Shown here in pieces: positions 50,003-61,520 of a DNA stretch of 64,000 bases (position 1 is the first letter of the stretch; every line of letters begins with the position of its first letter). The notes under the pieces were generated by a model. That model worked only from the letters and a program-made list of their open reading frames with translations. It did no database searches and was not told where the DNA came from. This stretch comes from Malacoraja senta (Eukaryota): assembly GCA_038087875.1 (NCBI GenBank), contig CM075988.1:13580001-13644000 (forward strand). The letters are read 5' to 3'. The translations under genes were made by a program, and so were the position numbers.

Positions 50003-51072
50003 GGAGTAAACGGGTCCTTTTCACAATGGCAGGCAGTGACTAGTGGGGTACCACAAGGCTCAGTGCTGGGACCCCACCTATTTACAATTTATATTAATGA
50101 ACTGGATGAGGGAATTGAAGGCAACATCTCCAAGTTTGCGGATGACACTAAGCTGGGGGGCAGTGTTAGCTGTGAGGAGGATGCTAGGGGACTGCAAGGT
50201 GACTTGGATAGGCTGGGTGAGTGGGCAAATGTTTGGCAGATGCAGTATAATGTGGATAAATGTGAGGTTATCCACTTTGGTGGCAAAAACAGGAAAGCAG
50301 ACTATTATCTAAATGGTGGCCGATTAGGAAAAGGGGAGATGCAGCGAGACCTGGGTGTCATGGTACACCAGTCATTGAAAGTAGCCATGCAGGTGCAGCA
50401 GGCAGTGAAGAAGGCGAATGGTATGTTAGCTTTCATAGCAAAAGGATTTGAGTATTGGAGCAGGGAGGTTCTACTGCAGTTGTACAGGGTCTTGGTGAGA
50501 CCACACCTGGAGTATTGCGTACAGTTTTGGTCTCCAAATCTGAGGAAGGACATTATAGCCATAGAGGGAGTGCAGAGAAGGTTCACCAGACTGATTCCTG
50601 GGATGTCAGGACTTTCATATGAAGAAAGACTGGATAGACTCGGCTTATACTCACTAGAATTTAGGAGATTGAGAGGGGATCTTATAGAAACTTACAAAAT
50701 TCTTATGGGGTTGGACAGGCTAGATGCAGGAAGATTGTTCCCGATGTTGGGGGAAGTCCAGGACAAGGGGTCACAGCTTAAGGATAAGGGGGAAATCCTT
50801 TAAGACCGAGATGAGAAAAAACATTTTCACACAGAGAGCGGTGAATCTCTGGAACTCTCTGCCACAGAGGGTAGTTGAGGCCAGTTCATTGGCTATATTT
50901 AAGAGGGAGTTAGATGTGGCCCTTGTAGCTAAAGGGATCAGGGGGTATGGAGAGAAGGCAGGTACGGGATACTGAGTTGGGTGATCAGCCATGATCATAT
51001 TGAATGGCGGTGCAGGCTCGAAGGGCCGAATGGCCTACTCCTGCACCTATTTTCTATGTTTCTATGTTTCTA
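50003..51072 (+). mobile_element. 5'-truncated CR1 LINE (RT ORF 50036-50803, frameshift near 50750)
   Basis: GVPQGSVLGP, FADD, RPHLEYCVQFWSP; (TTCTATGT)n tail. Confidence 0.92.
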
Positions 51073-51480
51073 ATAGCAAGAATGTCCTTCCTCAAATTAG
51101 GGGACCAAAACTGCACACGGGTTTGGTCTCACTAGGGGCCTATACCACTACAGAAGGACTTCTTTGCTTCTATACTCAACTTCTCTTGTTATGAAGGCCA
51201 ACATGCCATTAGCTTTCTTCACTGCCTGCTGTACCTGCACGCTTACTTCCATTGACTGTTGAACAAGAACCCCCAGATCACGTTGTACTTCCCCTTTCCC
51301 CAACTTGACACCATTTAGATAATAATATGCCTTCCTGTTTTTGCCACCAAAGTGGATAACCTCACATTTGTTCACATTAAACTGCATCTGCCCACTCACC
51401 CAACCTGTCCAAGTCACCCTGCATTCTCATAGCATCCTCCTCACAGTTCACCCAGCTTTGTGTCATCTGCAAATTTGCTA
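51073..51480 (-). mobile_element. CR1 internal fragment, inverted relative to 50003-51072
   Basis: MQFNVNKCEVIHFGGKN...QAVKKANGMLAFI. Confidence 0.85.
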
Positions 51481-51556
51481 ATTCACTAGGGATAACTTAC
51501 AGAGACCAATTAACCTACAAACCCGAACATCTTTAATAGTCACTCTCCTCTACCTA

Positions 51557-52418
51557 GTGGAGTCGGTCCTCACCCTCAATAACTTCTCGTTTGACTCCTC
51601 CCATTTCCTCCAAATACAAGGCGTAGCTATGGGCACGCGCATGGGCCCCAGCTACGCCTGCCTCTTTGTCGGGTACGTCGAACAATCCTTGTTCGCTACG
51701 TACCAGGGGCCCATCCCCGACCTCTACCTCCGCTACATCGATGACTGCTTTGGTGCCACCTCCTGCACCCACACACAACTGACTGACTTCATCCACTTCA
51801 CCACCAACTTCCATCCGGCACTCAAATACACCTGGACCATTTCCGACACTTCCCTACCATTCCTTGACCTCACTATCTCCATCGCAGGTGATAGACTTCT
51901 GACCGACATTCACTATAAACCTACTGACTCCCATGGCTATCTGGACTACACTTCTTCCCACCCTGCTTCCTGTAAGGACTCCATCCCCAACTCCCAATTC
52001 CTCCGTCTACGCCGCATCTGCTCCCAGGATGAGGCGTTCCACACCAGGGCATCTGAAATGTCCTCATTCTTCAGGGAACGGGGGTTCCCCTCCTCCACCA
52101 TAGATGAGGCTCGCACCAGGGTCTCTTCCATACGCCGCAACACTGCTCTCTCTCCCCATCCTCCCCACTCGCATCAAGGGCAGAGTCCCCCTAGTCCTCA
52201 CCTTTCACCCCACCAGCCGTCACATACAACAAGTAATCCTCCGTCAGTTTCGCCACCTCCAACGTGACCCCACCACTCGCCACATCTTCCCATCTCCCCC
52301 CATGTCTGCCTTCCACAAAGACCACTCCCTCCGTAACTCACTTGTCAATTCTTCCCTTCCCTCCCGTACTACCCCCTCCCCGGGTACTTTCCCTTGCAAC
52401 CGCAAGAGATGCTACACT
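51557..52418 (+). pseudogene. PLE reverse transcriptase fragment, frameshifted near 52165
   Basis: ORFs 51557-52267 and 52104-52421. Confidence 0.88.
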
Positions 52419-52419
52419 T

Positions 52420-53438
52420 AATAATAATAATAATGAATTTTATTTACGGGCGCCTTATACCGAGGTCTCAAGGACACCTTACAGAGATTTATAGGAAACA
52501 TATAATCAGAATTTAAAAAATAAGTTATAAAGACCAATACACAAATCAGGGACAGAATTCCTTCCAAAAAGACAAAAAAAAAGAAAATCAGAAATTTGAG
52601 GAGAGAGTAGCGGCAACGAAACCGCGCCAGCGTCCACTCTCCCCTCCGACCGCCATCTTGAACACAGACTAACAAATACAATTACAAACAATTACATACA
52701 AAAATCATCCCCCCCACAGTGATTTCCACTGTGGGGGAAGGCACAATTCACCCAAAAAAAGTCAGGCCAAATGAAGCCCCCGCTATTGCCTCTACGGAGG
52801 CCCGATGATCCTGGCCATTCTCGCCAGGTGATGTAGCCCCGGCGTCGGGAGAGTCCTCTAGCGGTTGGGCCACCTGGAACGGCCGCATCCCTCACCGGAG
52901 GCCGTAACTACGGCTGGAACGGCCGATTTCCCGCAGGCGTCCGCAGCACCTGAAGCCGACGGGGCCGCGCCGATTTGGAGCTCAAGGCTCCCGGTGTTGG
53001 AGTCGGCGCCGCCGCCCGCGGATGGTCGCTCCAGTCCCGCAGCCCGGAGGTGTTGAGCTCGGCGGTCCAGCTCACCGGAGCTCCAGCGCGTCGGTCCAGC
53101 GCGGCGACCCAGGCAAGGCATCGCCCGCTCCGCTGCACAATAGCGCTCCAGCGCCGTGCCGCCACCGAAGCTGAGGGTGCTGTGCGGTCCCCGCCAGGAA
53201 ACGCCGCTCCACGCCGCTCCACACCCGCTGGTAGGCCGCGAGGACGGGTCGACTGGGCAGCTGGAGAGAAGGCTGCCTCACCGACCAGGTAGGGATCAGG
53301 AAGTGATTTCTCCTTGATCCCCCCACATCAGAAGGCAAAATAAAGAAAAACAAAGACTTAAAGAAAACTAAAAAACTTGGTAAAAAAGTACAATTAACGG
53401 ACGGCTGCTGTTTGGCAGCCGTTCCTCAAGATGGCTCC
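52420..53438 (-). mobile_element. GC-rich non-autonomous element with L2-like 3' end and (TTA)n tail, inserted in the PLE
   Basis: PLE reads GCTACACTT|TCCCTTTACC across it; hairpin 52709-52737; tail TGTAAGGTGTCCTTGAG...AAGGCGCC...AAATAAA..(ATT)n. Confidence 0.8.
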
Positions 53439-53817
53439 TCCCTTTACCTCCCCCCTCGACTCCATTCAAGGACCCAAGCAGTCGTTCCAGGTGCTACAAA
53501 GGTTCACCTGCATCTCCTCCAACCTCATCTATTGCATCCGCTGCTCTAGATGTCAGCTGATCTACATCGGTGAGACCAAGCGAAGGCTTGGCGATCGTTT
53601 CGCCGAACACCTCCGCTTGGTCCGCAAAAACCAACCTGACCTCCCGGTGGCTCAGCACTTCAACTCCCCCTCCCATTCCATATCCGACCTCTCTGTCCTG
53701 GGTCTCCTCCATGGCCAGAGCGAGCAACACCGGAAATTGGGGGAACAGCACCTCATATTCCGCTTGGGGAGTCTGCATCCTGGAGGCATGAACATTGAAT
53801 TCTCCCTATTTCGCTAG
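53439..53817 (+). pseudogene. PLE GIY-YIG endonuclease domain
   Basis: LIY...YIGET, R..EH, AQHF, LHPGGMN motifs. Confidence 0.88.
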
Positions 53818-53905
53818 CCCCTGCCGTCTCCTCCCCTTCCTATCTCTCCCTCAGCTCCTCCTCCTTTTTCCTTTCTTCTCCCCGCCCCCCCTACCCCCTA
53901 TCAGT

Positions 53906-53937
53906 CTGAAGAAGGGTTTCGGCCCGAAACGTTGCCT
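53906..53937 (+). ncRNA. Minimal hammerhead ribozyme motif in the PLE 3' UTR
   Basis: CUGAAGA, A, GGGU-UUCG-GCCC, GAAA, CGUU. Confidence 0.75.
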
Positions 53938-54430
53938 ATTTCCTTCGCTCCATAGATGCTGCTGCACCCATTGAGTTTCTCCAGCATTTTTGTGTACCAT
54001 CTTTAATAGCCACCTGACTGTTCTGAAATGTCTCCGATGGTCAAAAATATTTTAAGAAGCTGTTGAAAAATTATTTAACTATTACAAAAAATGCATTCAA
54101 CACATAAATTAATAAACAAATAACAATGTATTCCAATGCTACTATATGCTTTTATTTATATAAGGTGACCAAAACACCATTAGTGATCTCACAACACCCT
54201 GTTCAATTGCAAGAAAACTTCCCTATTTTTAAATTCCACCTCCTTTGTGTTAAAGGCCAATATGCCATTTGCTCTCTGTACTACTTGCCACAGCCTTGCA
54301 TACTTTTTGTGATTTATGCACAATACTATCAAATCCCCCTGTACTTTACTTAATAGCAGTCTCTTTCCATTTGGATAATAATCTGCTTTTGATTCTTCTA
54401 ATCAAAGTGCTTGACCTGATACTTTTTATA

Positions 54431-54665
54431 GGTGTGTAGAAAGGAACTGCAGATGCTAGTTTATACCGAATATAGACACAGAATACTAGAGTAACTCAGC
54501 AGAGTTAAGCAGCATCTCTGGAAAAAAAAGATGGGTGATGTTTCAGGTTGGAACCTGATCCAGGGTCAGAACCATGGTCTTAAGAAGTGTTCCGACCCGA
54601 AATGTCACCCAACCTTTTTCTCCAGAGATGCTGCCTGACCCGCTGAGCCACTCCAGCACTTTGTG
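54431..54665. mobile_element. Fold-back PLE-derived short element
   Basis: Inverted arms with a decayed hammerhead at about 54579-54610. Confidence 0.7.
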
Positions 54666-55116
54666 ATTACATCCACACATTTAAACTCCATTCACGCAAT
54701 ATATCAATATCTCGATCTATCAATAATTGATCTACGTTGATATCATGTTGCAGTCATCATATCCTCATCCCAACTTGCCCTTCCACCAAATGCATCATTA
54801 ATGAAGCAATGACTGCTGAGGGCTGGTGGGGTCAGATATAAAACATATCTCTCCCCTTTGGCTCAGTAAGTTACAAAATTCTATAGACCCAATGGTAATC
54901 CCAGGGATGGAGCAAGAGGTCAAACGTCCCCACATCGAACATTCTTCTCAGCCTGAGGAAGGGTTCCGAACCGAAATGTCATCTGTCCATGTCCCTCCAC
55001 AGATACTGCCTGCCCTGCTGAGTTCCTCCAGCAGTTTCTTTTTTTAACTTTTGATTGCTAGTGATGGATTTAAAAATGACACTGCTGCTGACCCTGTTGT
55101 TGCCAGTCAACTGGAC

Positions 55117-55420
55117 CCTGACAACTTTAAGGATCAGGGGTAGGCCATTTAGGACTGAGATGAGGAAAAACTTTATCACCCAGAGAGTTGTCAATCTGTG
55201 GAAATCTCTGCCACAGTGGGGAGTGGACGCCAATTCACTGGATGTTTTCAAGAGAGTTAGATTTAGCTCTTAAGGCTAAGGGAATCTAGGGATATGGAGA
55301 AAAAGCAGGAATGGGGTACTGATTTTGGATGATCAGCCATGATCATATTGAATGGCGGTGCTGGCTCGAAGGGCCGAATGGCCTACTCCTGCACCTATTT
55401 TCTACGTTCTATCGTTCTAT
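55117..55420 (+). mobile_element. CR1 3' fragment
   Basis: LRIRGRPFRTEMRKNFITQRVVNLW; same 3' UTR as 50940-51072. Confidence 0.85.
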
Positions 55421-56930
55421 GTAACGTGCACTCGTTTCCCGGACACTTTATTTACTTGTGCAAAGGAGAGCAGCACAGTCCCAGCTACCATACTATGGAA
55501 TTCTACTCGGAACTGTCACCTTTTATACAGATTTTGACCCTTGAAATTATACGCACTCTCTAATTTCTTATCACCAACCACAATACATTCTCAAGAACAC
55601 TAATATCTAATAAAACTACAAGCTATTCATTCCTTTGTTTGTATTTAATTTTAATAAGAATAATTATCAAGAAACTTGTGTTCTAGGTTATTGCTAGCTC
55701 TACGTCAAAGGAAGCCTACCAAGTACCTTGTGCTACACGTCAAAGGATATCCAAAAGTCCTTGTGCAGCTATCATAACCTTCATCGTACTGCCCTTTCCA
55801 CAGCCCACGTGTGTGTCTCTGGCTAGGTGTGCAAAGTAGACATCAATGTGTTAACTGGAATATATTCTTCCTGAGTTCAATGTGGCGAAATTCCAGCTGG
55901 TGTCAAGAACTACCGCCTGCAGCCCTGCAACAGTCAGTTAATGCATCCCGCTGGTCTCCCAAATGCTGGTCCATATGTAAGGACTGTACATTAGTCGGCC
56001 GTTTATAACCTGGGGGCGACCTGTATCTCACACAGTGACATTGTAGCAGAGCAACTGCTGCGTATCTGGACTTCAAGAAGCAAGGGCAACAGAATGTTCC
56101 TACTCCAAGATAGTTCAGCTCGGCTCAGTTTAGTTTATTGTCACGTGTGCCGAAAAGCTAAGCGAGAAGCTTTTGTTGCGTGCTTATCCCATCAGCAGAA
56201 AGACAATACATGATTACAGCTGAGCCATTCCAGTGTATAGAAACATGATAAGGGAATAAAGTTTAGTGTAAGGTTAAGCCAGCAAAGTCTGTTAGAATGA
56301 AGATGATTGTGAAATTCCAATTAAATCTGGTGACTACATTCTGGAGACTGAAGATCTCATATATCTATGGGATTGAATTAAAACATACGGTTTGCATGGA
56401 ACGATCCTCCATTTACTGCACTTTTCTTACTTTTACTGAGAGATGTTGCTGTTGTTCCTCTTAAAAGGTTAAAATTTGCTGTTTTGTGAGTAAATTCAAT
56501 TCAAATGTATTTACTTGAAGCTTCAGAAAGGAAAATAGTATTTATTCACAACATAGCATCAGCCAATGAGATGGAGCAGAGAAGGATGTGTGACTGGACT
56601 CTGAGGAAGGAGTTAATTACAGCAAATAAATTCAATTGATTCCAAAGATTGTCGGTTTTACGAAATTATAGCAACTTCCCATGACTTAAAAAAAATATTC
56701 TCTAGAAAAATCGTATTGAGTGAAGGATAGTTATGTATGAACAATGTGCATAACAAATCTCAGCCACTTACAGCAGATGAATAGGCTATCATCTCTACTC
56801 TGGCTAGCTATATAGTATTATCACTCCATGCAGCCATAAAAAGCACACTGCCTTGCAAATCTAACCAGCAGAGATAAGAGAAAAAAATTCAGGGCTGTTA
56901 CTGTTTAGAAAGTCATATTTGGCTTGTTTT

Positions 56931-57049
56931 TTTAATGTTTAATGTTAAATTCTATAATGTGTTTATTTTATTTGTGTACTGCAATGGCAACTCAAATTTC
57001 ACTACACCAATTGGTGTATATGACAATAAATGTCCTTTGTCCTTTGTCC
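56931..57049 (+). mobile_element. 3' tail fragment of the 60718-type family
   Basis: ATGGCAACTCAAATTTCAC...GACAATAAATGTCCTTTGTCCTTTGTCC. Confidence 0.7.
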
Positions 57050-58161
57050 TTTTGTTTTAATTTATTGCTTTAGACAATATCGTAACAACCTTCTAACAAT
57101 CAATTAAAGTCCACCACCGCAAGTGCGTCTAAAACAACTGAAAGAAAGGGACCAGTTAAAATAAAAGGCTTTAGTTCTCATAGGCGATTCCAAGATAGAA
57201 CATTGGTGTAAAAATAATGTAAGCATGTAAAAAGTATGGTCAATTCATTATTACATTGTAATGATCAGATACTGTAGATGGATTTTCAGGGATTGTGCAC
57301 GGGTTCGGGTTGAGCCAGAATTAAAAAATGCACATTGCAGTCTGCAGCAAGAGGAACTCCTGTTTGATTTCAGCTCTATGGTTAGAGCGGAGAATTTTGG
57401 GTTGCTCACCTTGGAGCAAAGGAGGCTGAGAGGAGATATGATAAACATGTACAAGATTATGATTAGTTGAGACACTTGGCAGATGGTTGAAAGACCCGCA
57501 GTGCACATTTAAAATTCTGTGCAAAAACTCCAAAGGAGGGTGTGGGAAGACATTCTTGTGGAAATTACTTACGATCTGAAATTCACTGACAGTAGAAATG
57601 ATAGATAGAGGAACAACCAGGCTTTTGAAAGAAGGGAGCATAATTTAAAAGGCCACGGGGAAGGAGATGGGGAATGGGACTGACAGGATTGATCTGACAA
57701 AGACTCAATTGGAAAAATGGTCTCCTTCAGTGCAGTAGCCCTTCTGTAATTCATTCAGGGCCAGGCTTAAGCACTGAATGTCATTACAACTGCCTCACCA
57801 ACAGGAATCCGTAATACAATTTACCGATACAAAGATAAGGAAATAATTAAATGTTCTAGGAAATTAGTGAAGATAACAATAAATTTGAACTTTCACAATA
57901 CAATCCAGTCGAATGTATCCCGGTGTGAAAAATTACTCTGGAAATAATGTATGCTTGTGGAGAAATTGAGGTGTTAATTTTGAATCGGAGGCAAAAAATG
58001 GTTTGCAATAATATCAGGCATTAAGGTTGAACTGAACACTGCAGTAAAGCAAAACTAAAGCCTGTGTGCTGAATAACATTACATGAGCCATGGTTATTGA
58101 AATACACTTGGAAAAAGTAATTACAAATAATTTACAGACCTTTGAAAGTAGAGAGATGTTA

Positions 58162-58258
58162 TCCATTTTCTCCCGAGATGCTGTCTGACCGGCTGAGTTA
58201 CTCCAGCACATTGTGTCTATCTACGGTATAGACCAGCATCTGTAGCTACTTTCTACAC
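58162..58258 (+). mobile_element. PLE-derived short element
   Basis: 12-bp TSD AGAGAGATGTTA (58150-58161, 58259-58270). Confidence 0.8.
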
Positions 58259-58299
58259 AGAGAGATGTTAATGGTTGTCAGGACATATTGGATAAAGGA

Positions 58300-58423
58300 G
58301 GGGTGGAAGATTGCAACCTTCAACCTGTTTCGACGAATGCAATCAACCCAGCGTGCACAATCAAATAAGATCAAATAGAACAAGTTTCCTACAACTTTAG
58401 GCTGTGCACACCATACGCAAGAA
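58300..58423 (+). mobile_element. 124-bp Vingi-dependent short element with a broken HDV-like ribozyme head
   Basis: TSD GGATAAAGG (58290-58298, 58424-58432); CGCAAGAA tail as at 27883; P2 GATTGCA/TGCAATC preceded by CGAA. Confidence 0.7.
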
Positions 58424-58899
58424 GGATAAAGGGCTTCAGTGTTTGTAGTCTAACAATCACTTGCAGTACACCTCACTTAGAGTCATACAGACATACAACA
58501 TGGAAACAGGCCCTTTGACCCAACTTGCCCACGCTGACCAAGACATCCCATTCATGTTGGTTCTGCCTGCCCTTGTTTGGCCCATATCCCTCTTAACATT
58601 TCTATTCCATTTACCTGTCTAAGTTTCTTTTAAATGCTGTGATTGTGCCTGCCTCCTCCGGCAGCTCATTCCATATACCCACCACCCTCTGAGTGAAAAA
58701 GATACCCCCTCGGGTTCCTATTAATTTATTCCCCTTTCTCTTTAAAGCTATGTCCTTTGCTTCTTGATTCCCCTGCTCCAGGTAAAAGACTGTGTGCAAT
58801 CATCATATCAATTCCCCTCATTATTTTATACACCTCTGGAAAATCACACCTTGCCCTCCTGCGCTGCCAAGGATAAAGTCCTAGATTGGCCTATCTCAC

Positions 58900-59957
58900 A
58901 TAGATACATACACAATAAGTGCAGGTGTAGGCCATTCAGCCCTTCAAGCCAGCACCGCAATTCAATGTGATCATGGCTGATCACCCACAATCAGTACCCC
59001 GTTCCTGTCTTCTCCCCATATCCCTTGATTCCGCTAACCCTCAGATCTAACTCTCTGTTGAATGCATCCAGTGAATCGGCCTCCACTGCCTTCTGAGGCA
59101 GAGAATTCCACAAATTCGCAACTCTCTGGATGAAAACGTTTTTCCTCATCTCAGTTCTAAATGGCCTACCCCTTATTCTTAAACTGGCCCCTGGTTCTGG
59201 ACTCCCCCAACATCGGGAACATGTTTCCAGCATCTAATGTGGGTCTAATCCTTTAATAATTTTATATGTTTCTATAAGATCCCCTCTCATCTTAAATTCC
59301 AGTGAATACAAGCCCAATCGTTCCATTCTTTCATCATATGACAGTCCCGCCCTCCCGGGAATTAACCCCGTGAACCTACGCAGCCACGCTTCCGTCAGTC
59401 TGCCCCAGGGCAGCTGTGGCTACAGAAGTAGCTCACCACCACCGAGTGTGACTGAGGAGTGAATGAATAATGCGATGTAAAGCGCCTTGAGTATTAGAAA
59501 GGCGCTATATAAATCCCATCCATTATTATTATTATTATTACGCTGCACTCCCTCAATAGCAAGAATGTCCTTCCTTAAATTAGGAGACCAAAACTGCACA
59601 CAATACTCCAGGTGTGGTCTCACCAGGGCCCTGTACAACTGCAGAAGGACCTCTTTGTTCCTATATACAAATCCTCTCCTTATGAAGGCCAACATGGCAT
59701 TAGCTTTCTTCACTGCCTGCTGTACCTGCATGCTTACTTTCAATGACTGATGTACAAGGACACCCAGGTCTCGTTGCACTTTCTCTTTTCCTAATATGAC
59801 ACCATTCAGATAACAATCTGCCTTCTTGTTCTTGCCACCAGTGGATAACCTCACATTTATCCATATTATACTGCATCTGCTATGCATCTGCCCACTCACC
59901 CAACCTATCCAAGTCGCCCTGCATCCTCATAGCATCCTCTTCACAGATCATACTGCC
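58900..59957 (-). mobile_element. CR1 LINE 3' part, interrupted by a SINE
   Basis: QAVKKANAMLAFI..RPHLEYCVQFWSP..TEMRKN; homologous to 50160-51050. Confidence 0.88.
59382..59538 (+). mobile_element. 5'-truncated L2-dependent SINE
   Basis: TGTAAAGCGCCTTGAG..AAGGCGCTATATAAAT..(ATT)n tail; TSD TACGC (59377-59381, 59539-59543). Confidence 0.8.
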
Positions 59958-60717
59958 TCACCAGCACATTGTCCAAATGTAACTGAACAAATGTAACAAA
60001 TGTAGCTCCTCTACTCAGTACCCTGACTGATGATGGCCATGAAGTAACAAAAGCCTTCTTTACCAACCTATCTACCTATGATGTCACCTCCAAGGAACTG
60101 TGTAGCTGTACTCCCAGATCCCTCTGCTCTACAACACTCCACGGGGGGCCCTACCATTCACTGTGACAGTCCTGCCCTGGTTTCACTTCCCAAAATGCAA
60201 ATACCGAAACATTGTGTATACATGTGTAGGAAAGAACTGCAGATGTTGGTTTAAATTGAAGGTACACACAAAATGCTGGAGTAACTCAGCGGGCCAGGCA
60301 GCATCTCGGGAGAGAAGGAATCTCTCCATGATCTCACCTCCACTTTAAATACTTCTAATGATCCCTCTTCCACCACTAGCCAAGACAGGGAATTCTAGAG
60401 ATTCGTCATCCTGTGGAAGAAGGCATTTCTACATGCCTTATTTTACCTTATTTTTAAATGAATATCTCATTACCTCATAGATATGTCCTCTTGTTTGAGA
60501 CACTAGTATCCTCTAACTAGTGAAAACATCCTAACATCTATCCTGTCAAGACTCCTTAAGATCTTCTATGTTAAGTAAAGGTCGCCACTCATTCTTCAAA
60601 ATTCCAAGGAAAATGGGCCCTAAAACTTATTGATTCATAACCTCGAAGACTTGCTTCTACTTCATACTTTTTTTGAATGGCTGTCCATTTGCTATCCTTA
60701 ACTTTCTCTGCCAATGG

Positions 60718-61520
60718 GACAAAGGACAAAGGACATTTATTGTCACATACACCATTTCTGGTGAAGTGAAATTTGAGTTGCCATTTGCAGCAACCAATAA
60801 AAAAATAAAACACAACATTAAAGAACTTGACATTAAACATAGAAACATCCCCCCACAATGGTTCCCACTGTGAGGGAAGGCAGCAAAGTCAGTGCTCTCC
60901 CTCTATGTTCACCCCGTGGTCGGGGTCTATGTGAGGCCTCCGCAGTTGGCCCGATATTACAGGCCCTCTCGCCGGATGATGGAGTTCCGACGTCGGGAGA
61001 ACACTCTTCAGCGGCTTGGAGTGTCTGGGACGGCCGCTTCCTCCCTGGAGACCGCGGTTCCCGAAGTCCACAGGCCGCGCTGGTCGGAGCTCGGCGAGTG
61101 ATCCCAGGCTCCGCGGTGTTCAAAGTCAGTGCCGCTGCAGCTGGTCGCTACGCAGACCCCGCAGCTCCGCGATGTTGGAGTCGGCGGTCTCAGCACTCCG
61201 GAGCTTACCACACGGGTAAGGTATTGCCCACTCCGCGATGGTGCTTCAGCGCTGTGCCGCCGCCGAAGCTGAAGTTCTGGCCGGTCCCGGCAGGAAACGC
61301 CGCTCCAGTCCTGTTGGTAGGCCGCGAAGAGGGGGGGAAGATGCATCTCCGACCAGGTAGGGGCTGAGAAAAACAGTTTCCCCCTTCCCCTCCCCCCCCA
61401 CCACCCCACACACAAACGATTAGACCTCCAAAATGAAACTTTTTAACATACTAAAAATAAAAATGGACGAAAGGACGGACAGCTGCAGGCTGGGCAGCCT
61501 TACTCGACGGCGCCCCCACT
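60718..61520 (-). mobile_element. GC-rich non-autonomous LINE-dependent element
   Basis: Homologous to the 38443 copy; (TGTCCTT)n tail; candidate TSD AATGG. Confidence 0.75.

Larger units (their letters stand above)
51540..53997 (+). mobile_element. 5'-truncated Penelope-like element (Neptune-type), interrupted at 52420-53438
   Basis: RT QIQGVAMGTRMGPSYA..RYIDD..FLD, Cys-rich linker CNRKRCYT, GIY-YIG NLIYCIRC..C..IYIGET.R....RF.EH, 3' hammerhead; TSD CATCTTTAATAG (51528-51539, 53998-54009). Confidence 0.93.

Noticed and set aside
52692..53353. Overlapping GC-rich ORFs and CpG-island look (also 38550-39216, 60833-61415)
   Set aside because: Stop-poor GC-rich repeat body present in several copies; no conserved reading frame or domain; not a host promoter
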